This document shows positions 9,914-19,460 of a DNA stretch of 64,000 nt, piece after piece. Under the pieces are notes generated by a model. That model was given only the letters and a program-made list of their open reading frames with translations. It had not been told where the DNA came from and searched no databases. The DNA is taken from contig CAVTRN010000002.1 in assembly GCA_963737155.1 (NCBI GenBank), positions 2,912,001-2,976,000 of the forward strand, read 5' to 3'. This DNA comes from Nitrospirota bacterium. GTDB taxonomy: Bacteria; Nitrospirota; UBA9217. Positions within the stretch are counted from its first letter, which is position 1, and every line of letters begins with the position of its first letter. The translations under genes and the position numbers were made by a program.

Positions 9914-11090
9914 ATGGACATCCTTGCAGACCGGCTGAAAAACATTCCGCCCTACCTTTTCATGCAGCTCCGCGACAAGATCAGGAAAGCCCAGGCTGAC
10001 GGCGTGGATCTCCATCTCCCTTGCCATTGGGGACCCTGTCGAACCCACGCCTGCCTACATCATAGAAGCGCTGAGAGAGGCTGTGCTCGATCCGGCGAAC
10101 CATCAGTATCCCACTGATGAGCACAAAGGCATGCTGGTATTCCGGCAGGCTGTTGCACGATGGTACGAACGGAAGTACCGTGTGACGCTTGATCCGGAAA
10201 CCGAGGTACTTGCCCTCAATGGCTTGAAGGAGGGTATTCATAATTTTATTATGGCAACCGTCAATCCAGGCGATATCGTGCTGATGACGAATCCTGGGTA
10301 TCCAGCATACCGAGCCAATATCCATATGGCAGGCGCCGAAGCCTACGATGTTCCTCTGCTGGAAAAAAATCGTTTTTTACCTGCTTTCGAGGAAATCCCA
10401 GGAAATGTATGCCGGAAGGCAAAGGCATTCTTCCTCAATTACCCGAACAATCCCACCGGTGCTTGCGCTGACGGCACTTTTTTTTCGCGATTGGTCGCTT
10501 GGGCCAAAGAACAGAAAATATTGCTGCTAAACGATAATCCTTACAGCGAAATAGTTTTCGCGACCGATCGCAGGCAAAGTTTGCTTCAAGTCCCGGGTGG
10601 AAAAGAAGTGGCAGTAGAGTTCAACTCATTAAGCAAGGCATACAACATGACCGGCTGGCGTATCGGTATGGCCGTGGGCAGCGACAAGATCATTCACGCT
10701 ATGTCCAGATACAAGGAGAATGTGACATCCGGTGTGTTCAACGCCATTCAGCTTGCCAGTGTCAGGGCAATGGATGCAGGCGACCAAGATATCGAAAACA
10801 TGCTCACAATATATAAGCGGCGGCGTGATATGGTTTTGCATATTTTCAACGGGATCGGTATCTTTGCGACGGGCGGTGGTGGAACATTCTACCTGTGGCT
10901 CGCCGTACCTCCGGGTTTTTCCTCGTTGGAGTTCGCCACACTACTTTTAGAAGAAGCGGGCGTACTCGTGACGCCGGGCATTGCATACGGACAATATGGG
11001 GAGGGATATTTCCGCCTTTCGCTCACGGTGCCGGATGACCGCTTGAAGCAGGCCTTGGAACGAATTTGCAGAACCCTCAAAAGAGGATGA
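9914..11090 (+). pseudogene. Class I/II PLP aminotransferase (LL-diaminopimelate-aminotransferase-like) with a +1 frameshift near 10010-10013
   Basis: MDILADRLKNIPPYLF..GVD in one frame continues as ISLAIGDP.EPTP...LDPANHQYP in the next; NYPNNPTG, D..Y, SLSKAYNMTGWRIG, YFRLSL; could be an assembly error. Confidence 0.75.
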
Positions 11091-11326
11091 TGGCGCATGT
11101 GCACTGGTTTTTCGTGCAAGGTACTAGACTAGGTCTCTGACTGGTTCACCGCAGATGGTTTTTCCCCTCCTTAGGAGCATGATAATTGTGAACGGAAATC
11201 GCCAAAGATACCGCGAACAGTTTTTGCTTTGGCCTAATAATTGGGAATCAATACAAATCGAATAGAGTTCGTCTTTTTCGTATGGCCGATTAACACCACA
11301 TTTTGTAAATAATGCTGGAGGGTATT

Positions 11327-11659
11327 ATGGGAGATTATTACAAGCCTGAAGATCTGGACCGGTTCAGCGAAGTAGGGAAGCACAACCCGGAGCTATTCAA
11401 GAAGTTTCTTGCATGGTACACCGCTGCTCTCGCACCCGGCACTCTGACGAAACGGGAAAAAGCACTGATCGGTGTAGCTGTTGCGCACGCGGTTCAGTGT
11501 CCATATTGTATTGATGCTTATACCAAAGCCTGCATGGAAGAAGGAATGAGCCTGGAACACATCACCGAGGCGGTACATGTGGCAGCCGCGATCAGGGGCG
11601 GCGCGTCCCTCGTGCACACGATCCAGGCGCACAACGTTGCAGACAAGCTGTCTTTGTAA
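11327..11659 (+). CDS. CMD/AhpD-like protein of the arsenosugar-associated peroxidase-like type
   Basis: SD ggaggg before ATG 11327; YY.PEDL..F, REKALI..AVAHAVQCPYCIDAY, EAVHVAAAIRGGASLVH. Confidence 0.85.
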   Translation: MGDYYKPEDLDRFSEVGKHNPELFKKFLAWYTAALAPGTLTKREKALIGVAVAHAVQCPYCIDAYTKACMEEGMSLEHITEAVHVAAAIRGGASLVHTIQAHNVADKLSL

Positions 11660-11729
11660 CGGATTACCATCATTCAGGAGTCAGCCTTTCACCAGGAAGA
11701 AATTTCGGCGCATCCATAAACGCGATCTA

Positions 11730-11880
11730 GCAATTCTCGACGACAGCATGCACCACCTGTTGGCCGGTGTTGGATGGCACGGCAAACTCTATGACTGCGA
11801 TTTTAACCAAGTACGAGATATGATGGTGAGCAGGTAAGATACCAAGATTCGGGAGTTCGATCTCGTCGCCCTCTACACTG
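11730..11880 (+). pseudogene. Remnant of ArsS/DUF3641 radical SAM C-terminus
   Basis: GVGWHGKLYDCDFNQ followed by IREFDL resembles the ArsS C-terminal S/V-x-W-x-G-x-LYDCDFNQ motif; no start and no CxxxCxxC. Confidence 0.6.
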
Positions 11881-12281
11881 TACCATTTATGCTGCTGGTT
11901 GACTGATGGCAAGTTCGCAGACGAGCGGGATACTGGAAACAGCAGGACGGCTCAGTTCTGATGCCCAAGGTGAGAGAGGAAAAGATGTAAGCACGCTTTG
12001 ATCAAACTATTCCATGTCACCTACTTCTTTAAACTGGGCCCAATAGCGCGCACATGGATTATTTTCATAAGGAGCATTTCCTCGTGGCACGATTAATCGG
12101 CACATGCGTGGAGATTACCATATCGTTGGATATCGAAGACATGTGATAATGTAGTGTCGAGCGCAGGCCGCGGTCACGGTCTCGCATGAGTAGCACAGAA
12201 TATGTTAAACGCTGGAGGGTAACATCTTCCAGGGTCACCAAAAATCTAATATCAAGCGGTGCGAACTCATTGGAGGCAAGA

Positions 12282-13001
12282 ATGACTATAAAAGCAATTA
12301 TCAATCTACTAATCGGTTCTACGGCCCAGAAATGCATTTTTTCGTTACTTTGCATTCTGATTTTTGTATCCGTAGCCACCGCGCAGGATTTAGTTTCCCC
12401 CTCTACTCAGAGAGTGAACGTCCCGGAGAATCCGGGCAGGTCTCTCGACCTCGGTACTAGCCAACTGGGATTCTGGGCAGGATATTCTTCGAGCAATCCG
12501 ACTCTAATCGGCCGCACAACCGACCGCCCGTTATTTGAATACAACGTTAAATATGCGCGCGTGATTAAAACGAGCGATAATTGGGCGCTCAAATACACCG
12601 CCGAAATCATGCCTGTGGTACTTATTAGCCAGCCACATCAGGGTTATGCATTGAACGGAAGTCCTGTGGATCAGCCTGGCAGAAGACAGAAGATTTACGG
12701 TGCTGGTGTTTCTCCAGTTGGATTGCAGATGAACTTCCAACGAGGTAACGTGCTGCAACCTTACGTCAATATAACGGCCGGAGTCCTATACTTTACCGAC
12801 AATGTGCCTGTAGCAGATTCATCAAATTTTAATTTCACCTTTGGCTTTGGCGCGGGAGTCGAGATCTGGTGTCTAGAGAACCAGTCGGTTGTCCTTGGCT
12901 ATAAGTACCAGCATATCTCCAACGGATACACCGCACCTCAGAACCCTGGCGTGGACTCGAATTTATTTTACATAGGATATGCATGGAGTTGGAGCCGTTA
13001 A
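12282..13001 (+). CDS. Acyloxyacyl hydrolase / PagL-like lipid A 3-O-deacylase (outer membrane beta-barrel)
   Basis: SD ggagg before ATG 12282; signal peptide; FNF..GFG.G, YQHISNG catalytic motif, NPGVD, aromatic C-terminal strand. Confidence 0.85.
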   Translation: MTIKAIINLLIGSTAQKCIFSLLCILIFVSVATAQDLVSPSTQRVNVPENPGRSLDLGTSQLGFWAGYSSSNPTLIGRTTDRPLFEYNVKYARVIKTSDNWALKYTAEIMPVVLISQPHQGYALNGSPVDQPGRRQKIYGAGVSPVGLQMNFQRGNVLQPYVNITAGVLYFTDNVPVADSSNFNFTFGFGAGVEIWCLENQSVVLGYKYQHISNGYTAPQNPGVDSNLFYIGYAWSWSR

Positions 13002-13582
13002 GATAGCGTGCCGCTCTTTATACGAGACATTTGTTTTGGTGGAGCTGTGCAGGCGATGGCGTTTACGGAACGGGCTTCGCTATAAATCGATTAAGTTACT
13101 GTATAATTTTCCTGGAGCACATTTGTTTGCATCTTTCTTAGTCAAGCAATACCCTGCAGCATGCTGCGGGGAATAGCAAATTCAATTTTAAGATAAGACA
13201 CACAAATATAAGTGTAACCAGAAATCATTAATCGGCCGCGTGAGAGTAATATATTGGCATAACAAAGATTGTTCCAAATCTATGCACCCGGCTATCGGAG
13301 CTTCATGCTATGGATTTATTCATCGAGGAGGTGTGTCATCAATTTTTTTTCAACTCTTCCTCTGTTTATTAAAGCCTTACCCAAATGACGGCTTGTTGTG
13401 TCATGATTACACCTTGTCAGTTAAGATAAAGGCGCTCAGGTATCATCATCGTGTCACCATATGATTTATTTGATGACACGAGGTCTGATCCAAGGATCCG
13501 ATGTCTCGTCAATCGCCTGTTGCGAGACTGTTCATTCAATTCATCTGCGAGGATCCTATCATACTTTCTTCTGGCAAGTGAT

Positions 13583-13598
13583 TGTGACGTGAATCACA
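13583..13598. promoter_or_regulatory. CRP/FNR-family binding site TGTGA-N6-TCACA
   Basis: TGTGAcgtgaaTCACA is a perfect consensus core; TATTAT/TATAAT -10 candidates at 13620-13628. Confidence 0.55.
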
Positions 13599-13988
13599 GT
13601 CAGGAAATCTGTTACCTATTATTATAATATGTATTCTCCGCTGATTTGTGGATGTTTTTAGATAGCGAAACCATATTTGTTCTTTTATTACGCATGGTTA
13701 CTAGATTTTATCCTGTTAAATTGTCTATAAATGTTACTGTCCGATAAATCGCCTAAGTTGTAAGCAACACTGAATGAAGACAGCAATGGAAAATATACCA
13801 TCTAAATCAGCATAATAGCTATGACGCTGTGCAAGATTTACCTTAAAAGCTGACTTTTCATCCACATATTCAGCACAGCAGCCCATAATAAATGGGTGAA
13901 TAGAAATAGGCAGACAGGTTCAGCAGCTGTTGCCTAATCCGATCATGATTCATGCTGTAACGAGAAAACCAGAAGGGCATACAAAGCG

Positions 13989-14510
13989 ATGATAACTAGA
14001 AGAAACTTCATAAAGATTGTAACGCTCTTCACCCTGTCCGGATACAGCGGGAAGGTCTTCGGACTCGATAAAAAGGAAAGAGTTCTTAATCTTTATAATA
14101 TTCATACCAGCGAAAGACTTAATGTAAAATATTATTCATCGGGTAGCTATGACTCCGATGCCATGAATGAGATAAACTACCTTATGCGGGATCATTATAC
14201 CAATGAGGTAAAACCCATCGACGTCAAAGTTGTCGACCTCCTCTGTGACATAAAAGATGTTATCGGGAAAAACAAGGAGCTGCTTATCATTTCCGGATAC
14301 CGCTCGCATAAATATAACGAATATCTGAAGAAGATTGGGAGGCACGTGGCATGTAACAGTCTTCACATCCAAGGCCGCGCAATTGATTTCCGCCTCCCCC
14401 GTGTCGACAACCAAATGCTGGCTACCCTTGCTAAGTCTTTTTATGCGGGCGGTGTTGGAACATACCCGGAATTCGTCCATATCGATGATGGAAGGGTGCG
14501 ATACTGGTAA
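13989..14510 (+). CDS. YcbK/DUF882 peptidase M15A family, Tat-exported
   Basis: Tat motif TRRNFIK; L.LYNIHT.E, RDH, IISGYRS, SLH..GRAID, GGVG.YP..FVHID. Confidence 0.9.
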   Translation: MITRRNFIKIVTLFTLSGYSGKVFGLDKKERVLNLYNIHTSERLNVKYYSSGSYDSDAMNEINYLMRDHYTNEVKPIDVKVVDLLCDIKDVIGKNKELLIISGYRSHKYNEYLKKIGRHVACNSLHIQGRAIDFRLPRVDNQMLATLAKSFYAGGVGTYPEFVHIDDGRVRYW

Positions 14511-14626
14511 TGTCTGCAATCGTAATCAGACGGAATTCATTGTTTCAATCTGAGTTATGTTTTTTCAGAATACGATGCAGACCTCTTTCCGGGAATACAC
14601 TCTGGCTCTCGGCCTATGGTCGATAA

Positions 14627-14845
14627 TCAGATCTTTGGGACCATTTATCACATCGTTCTTTTTGCGGATTAATTCCGGTAGTGGCGGGACTGATCTTCTC
14701 GACCGTGTATCTTCGATATCATTACGTTATCGATGTCATCGCGGGAATCGCCTTGACGATTTTGACCGTTTATCTGGCACCTATACTGTTCGAGGCACTC
14801 TCACGCATTGCCCGGAAGGGCGGCCAAGTCCAGCAGTCCCGTTGA
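14627..14845 (+). pseudogene. C-terminal remnant of a PAP2 / inositol-phosphorylceramide-synthase-like (Aur1/PAP2_3) protein
   Basis: Startless frame not in the ORF track: LIPVVAGLIFSTVYLRYHYVIDVIAGIALTILTVYL...SR*. Confidence 0.7.
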
Positions 14846-14884
14846 TGCATTCGGCATGCATGTCTCCGTTGATGCGGATAAACG

Positions 14885-15997
14885 TCAAATGCCCTTCTCA
14901 TAGATCCGGTACTTCTTGTACAGCTTCCCACCCATGAGTTCACAGCCTTTGCGCATCGGGGCATTGTCCTCCAGAACCCAGGACATCTCAGCGCGCTCAT
15001 AGCCCCTGCGCATCGCCGCTTTGAACGACTCAAGATAGAGCAGCCCCTCGATGCCTTTTTTCCGAAACTCTTCTTTGACGCCTAAGGTGAGCACGCGAAT
15101 ATCTGATATCTTCCTCGAATACCAGAGAAATTTGACGAGTTCGAGGGGGCCGAGCCTGCCGTTGATCCTGCTCATGACCTGGTTGTAGTCGGGCACAGCC
15201 ATGAAAAATCCCGCGGGCCTGTCGTCCACCTCGGCCATGATGAGCAGCTCCGGCACGATGAGCGGCTTCAACCGTTTCGCCATGGAATCTATTTCCTCAT
15301 TCGTCATGGGTACGAAACCCCAGTTGTGGCCCCACGCGGAATTATAAATGTCCTTTACCGCTTCCAACTCTTTGCGAAAATTCTTCATGTTGGCCGGACG
15401 CACAACAAGCCCGGGGACGCGCTCTTTGACGGCTGATGCCAGCTTTTCAAGCCTCGGCGCTGCAGAGACGTCTTTGATGATGGATAGGTAGGCAAAGAGA
15501 TCTTTGGCCTTGACTAGACCGCAGCGATCCATGTAGTCGAGATAATAGGCGGGCGTATAGGTCATCATGATCATGGGGGGGGAATCGAACCCCTCAAGAA
15601 GGAACCCGCACTCGTCGTTCGTAGACGGGTTCATGGGCCCCCGCATGATCGAAATATCCCGCTTCTTGAGCCATCCCGAAGCTGCGTCGATAAGCTCCTG
15701 CGCGACCGCAACGTCGGGCAGGCATTCGAAGTAGCCGAAAAATCCGGCCTGTTCATTGTGAATGTTGATGTGGTTGCGGTCGATGATCGCCGCGATCCGG
15801 CCAACCGCTTCTCCGTTCTTGCGCGCAAGAAAATAGGCGGCTTCGGCGTGTCGAAAAAAGGGGTTCTTCTCGCTCAAGACAAATTTTACATCGCTCACGA
15901 GCGGCGGAACCCACTGGCGGTTTCCCGGGTACACTTTCCACGGGAACCGGATGAATTCGTTCATACCGACCGCACCGTTGACCTGTTCGATGCTCAC
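14885..15997 (-). CDS. GNAT-fold bacterial ceramide-synthase (bCerS)-like protein
   Basis: FIRFPW..Y, WVPPL, NPFF.HA, GRIAA, GFFGYFEC, RGP.NPSTN.ECG.L.EGF, YN.AW..NWGFVP, EMSWVLEDN; SD aaggagg; directly downstream of an Spt-like gene. Confidence 0.75.
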   Translation of the reverse strand: MSIEQVNGAVGMNEFIRFPWKVYPGNRQWVPPLVSDVKFVLSEKNPFFRHAEAAYFLARKNGEAVGRIAAIIDRNHINIHNEQAGFFGYFECLPDVAVAQELIDAASGWLKKRDISIMRGPMNPSTNDECGFLLEGFDSPPMIMMTYTPAYYLDYMDRCGLVKAKDLFAYLSIIKDVSAAPRLEKLASAVKERVPGLVVRPANMKNFRKELEAVKDIYNSAWGHNWGFVPMTNEEIDSMAKRLKPLIVPELLIMAEVDDRPAGFFMAVPDYNQVMSRINGRLGPLELVKFLWYSRKISDIRVLTLGVKEEFRKKGIEGLLYLESFKAAMRRGYERAEMSWVLEDNAPMRKGCELMGGKLYKKYRIYEKGI

Positions 15998-16014
15998 AAG
16001 CTCCTCCTTGCCGA

Positions 16015-17271
16015 CTACGAGATCACGCCAAGCTTTTTCCCGGCTTTCTCGATTACGCCGAGCACCCGGTCGAGCATTTCGTCGGTGTGGGTCGCCATGA
16101 AGCTCGTGCGGATAAGGCAGCGGCCCGACAGCGTGGCCGGCGGGACCACGGGGTTCACGAACACCCCCTCGTCATACAGGGTCTTCCACATCATGAACGT
16201 TCGCTCCATCTCACCAATGACGAGTGGAACGATCGGCGTCTCGGCGACACCCGTGTCGTAGCCCATCTGTTTGAACGCCTGCATCATCTTACGCGTGGTT
16301 TGCCACAACCGCTCCCTTCGTTCGGGTTCCTGGTCAATGATATCCAGCGCTGCGATGACCGCCGCCACCGAGGCCGGTGGAGGACTTGCGGAGAAAATAA
16401 GCGGACGGGACGTGTGTTTTATGTAATGGATCACATCCTTGTCGGCCGCAACGAAGCCGCCGATGGACGCCATGGATTTACTGTAGGTGCCCATGATCAA
16501 GTCCACTTCCTTCTCGAGGCCGAAATGTTCGGCTGTCCCGCGGCCGGTGCCCCCCAGAACGCCGACGCCGTGGGCGTCGTCCACCATGAGCCGCGCCCCG
16601 TATTTCTTGCAGACCTTGACGATATCAGGAAGCGGCGCGATGTCCCCTTCCATGCTGTACACGCCGTCCACGACCACGAGTTTGCCGCGATTCCCGATTT
16701 CCTTGAGAACATATTCAAGGCTGTCCATATCGTTGTGCTTGAACTTTTTGACCTCGGCGAAGGACAGCCTGCACGCATCGATGATGCTCGCGTGGTCGAG
16801 TTTGTCGATCACAACCACGTCATCCTTGCCCGCGAGGGATGCTATGATCCCGAGGTTGGTTTGATATCCTGTGGGGAAAGCAAGCGCCGCGTCCTTGCGA
16901 AAGAAAGACGCCAGCTTATCCTCGAGTTTCACATGGATATCGAGGGTCCCGTTCAGGAATCGCGAACCCGCACAGCCGCTGCCGTATTTCTTCACTGCTT
17001 CAATGGCCGCTTCCTTCACCTTCGGATGGTTGGTAAGCCCGAGATAATTGTTCGACCCAAGCATGATCATCTTCCTGCCCTCGACGATCACCTCGGGGCT
17101 CTGCTCCGATTCCACGACATGGAAATATGGATAAAATCCGGCGGCCATAACTTCTTTCGCGGCCGTAAACTTCCAGCATTTTTCGAACAAATCCGGCGTC
17201 TTTGCCCCCTCAGCCCCAAGCGGAACCGGTTCCCCTACTACAGCCATTGCTTTTTTCTGTACCATTGCCAT
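16015..17271 (-). CDS. spt: Serine palmitoyltransferase-like alpha-oxoamine synthase
   Basis: DLFEKC..F, G.YPYF, GSNNYLGL, GSRFLNGT, DHASIID, DGVYSMEGD, VDDAH, GTYSKS; start probably 17271 (ORF track 17340). Confidence 0.7.
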   Translation of the reverse strand: MAMVQKKAMAVVGEPVPLGAEGAKTPDLFEKCWKFTAAKEVMAAGFYPYFHVVESEQSPEVIVEGRKMIMLGSNNYLGLTNHPKVKEAAIEAVKKYGSGCAGSRFLNGTLDIHVKLEDKLASFFRKDAALAFPTGYQTNLGIIASLAGKDDVVVIDKLDHASIIDACRLSFAEVKKFKHNDMDSLEYVLKEIGNRGKLVVVDGVYSMEGDIAPLPDIVKVCKKYGARLMVDDAHGVGVLGGTGRGTAEHFGLEKEVDLIMGTYSKSMASIGGFVAADKDVIHYIKHTSRPLIFSASPPPASVAAVIAALDIIDQEPERRERLWQTTRKMMQAFKQMGYDTGVAETPIVPLVIGEMERTFMMWKTLYDEGVFVNPVVPPATLSGRCLIRTSFMATHTDEMLDRVLGVIEKAGKKLGVIS

Positions 17272-17627
17272 GTGCGTTCCAGCCTTTCTGCAGCGAATAC
17301 TCCGCCCGGAAGCGAAGGTCATTCTCAATCTTACCAACATCGCAAAGCCAATATCTCTGAGTGGCTTTCCGCACTTTAGCCCCTAGTTATCAATATCAGG
17401 CCGTAACTGGTAGAATCAGTATTTGCTTATAAATACTTTAAGAAATCTCGCCCGTTAGGATTTAATCTCATCCCTGACCGATTTAAGATATTCCTTGCCG
17501 TACTCCTAGCTTTTATGCTGTCTATTGGAACTTATACATGTTGTGTAGTCAGTGTTTTACTCAAATAAAGTGTGCGTCGAGGAGCTCATTTTCATCGTCG
17601 CTTCCCCCCCGAGCATTGAGATCCTTG

Positions 17628-18119
17628 TCAGAGCATCTTTTGCATCCATACAACATCAAATATTTGTTTGTTCTTTTTGCCAATCTTCTGGAAACGCCCA
17701 CATTCAACAAAGCCGCTTTTTTTGTGAAAGTTAATACTAATGTCGTTCAAAGATGATATGTTGGCCAATAGAACTGAAATGTCTTTTGCTTTTGCCTGTT
17801 GAATGAGGTGTGCAAGCATTAGGCCGCCTATTCCCTTGTTTATGCATTCCGCTTTTACAAAATACGCAATCTCAGATGTCGCAGAAAATGCTGGGATGGG
17901 GCAGTAGGGTCGCAGGAGTCCAAACCCGACGACACTGCCCGTCTCGTCCTTTGCGACCACGGTAGGATACCCATCGCTCATTTTCTGAAGTATATCGAAA
18001 GCTTCATAAGGCAATTTTGTTTCAAGATATAATGCAAAACCATTATCGATATAGTGATTGAAAATATCAACTACAGGCTTGCAGAATTCTCTCGTCATAG
18101 GTTCAAGTTGAATATCCAC
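17628..18119 (-). CDS. GNAT N-acetyltransferase (phosphinothricin-acetyltransferase/YncA-like)
   Basis: IFNHYI, E..YFV, KGIG, N..SINFH.K.GF.ECG...IG.K....DVVWMQ. Confidence 0.85.
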   Translation of the reverse strand: MDIQLEPMTREFCKPVVDIFNHYIDNGFALYLETKLPYEAFDILQKMSDGYPTVVAKDETGSVVGFGLLRPYCPIPAFSATSEIAYFVKAECINKGIGGLMLAHLIQQAKAKDISVLLANISSLNDISINFHKKSGFVECGRFQKIGKKNKQIFDVVWMQKML

Positions 18120-18748
18120 TTCATCCTCTTTTTTCAGCAAACCCTAATACGTTCTCGAGGCGCAAGCCACGATAAGTCCCTCTGATTTTAATAGTCTTCT
18201 GTTCAAGTGCCATGTCATAAAATATTATTAATGCTTTCAATAATAACGAATGGCGGGTCAAAGAGTTCTGTCACCCAACGCGTCAAAGTAAATACCCATG
18301 TGCTAACGCCATGGTCTTCTGATTCGCTTTTGTAACGATAAAGAGCCCAGCAACATCACAGATGATAACCTTTCTTTCAGCTTGGATCTTAAATAATCTG
18401 CTACTTTCATTTGATTATCTTTATGTTTATCGCCACATAGTTTACTGTCCAAACAACAGTATTTATGTCACTCATCTACTGTCTTCTTAGCGGATAGGAA
18501 TAGTTCGTTAAGAATATAACAATCTAAGCTATCACAAGGACTTCTATGAAAAAAGATTCACGACTTTTTGGAGATTCCGCAATAGTCATACTGCATTAAT
18601 ATCCCATATTATATACCATTTTTTTATTTGTTCAATATTATATTTACACTTACCTGCCGTCGTGTTGTTTATTGATTTTTTAAAGAGGCGTGCCGTTATC
18701 ATCGTAAAGGTTCAGCATTTCATCGCCCTTTTCTCGCCGGCGAAGAAA

Positions 18749-18881
18749 ATGAACCTCCCCGCAGCAAGCTGCGGGGTATCTATAAAAAGGAAGACGATTA
18801 TCTTTTGAGAAACCTGCGGTTTCTCAAACTCTTCCCTCTATCCGGTGACCTTGTAGCAAGCTACGGGGAATTGCAAGTTAA
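18749..18881 (+). mobile_element. Three-hairpin dispersed element, copy 2 (most perfect copy)
   Basis: CCCCGCAGC-AA-GCTGCGGGG; TTTGAGAAACC-TGC-GGTTTCTCAAA; CCTTGTAGC-AA-GCTACGGGG; ends gaattgcaagttaa. Confidence 0.8.
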
Positions 18882-19460
18882 TTTGTCCATCGAGCGCGGC
18901 CTTTACGCGCTTAACTTCCACTTTATCGCCCGAAGCAATTACTTATACCTGAGCGCATCGATCATTTTGGGGAGTGATGCTTTCTATGACCGTCGCACTG
19001 TATTTTAAGTGTCCTCTTGAACCATTCTCGTTCGCTGGTATACTCACAGAATCAGCAGTGCAATAATTACACGTGCACATTGAATTAGTTATTCCTCTTT
19101 TAAAGATTTTCGTAACCGACTTGTTTCATGATCGCACAATCGATCTATTGCGGAAAGCCATGTATCTGGTGAGACTGCGGACCTCGCTCAACGTCAACCT
19201 TCAGAACATTATCAGCCGAAATAATGGTTCCAATCTCAAGACTGGAGATGTAAAAAACTGTGCTAGAATTTGGGTGCCACCTACTGCGCCAGATTTATTT
19301 CTTCAAACATCAGAGAATAGTCTCTCTTGGTATCAAAAGCCAACATGCTGGTGGCAAATTAGCTCGATACTGTGCGTTCAATAGCATCACGCTATAGAGT
19401 AAGTACGACGGTGAATCCTTGTTATTTCGCTTTTTCCCCTAGTTTTTTCGACAGTGATAC

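Noticed and set aside
11900-11975. Possible selenocysteine-type ArsS C-terminus (TAG..SS)
   Set aside because: Too degenerate; no in-frame TGA at the expected place and no SECIS recognised.
14557-14937. 126-aa ORF in the track
   Set aside because: No recognisable motif; the adjacent frame carries the PAP2 signal.
16087-17379. 430-aa plus-strand ORF
   Set aside because: Antisense shadow of the GC-rich spt gene; no motifs. The same applies to 24699-25667 and other antisense ORFs in treY, treZ, GH15 and the mutase.
18150-19400. Short ORFs and possible remnants around repeat copy 2 (also 37400-38140, 38900-39300, 48035-48300 and 54360-55000)
   Set aside because: No family recognisable by eye; BLASTX would be needed.
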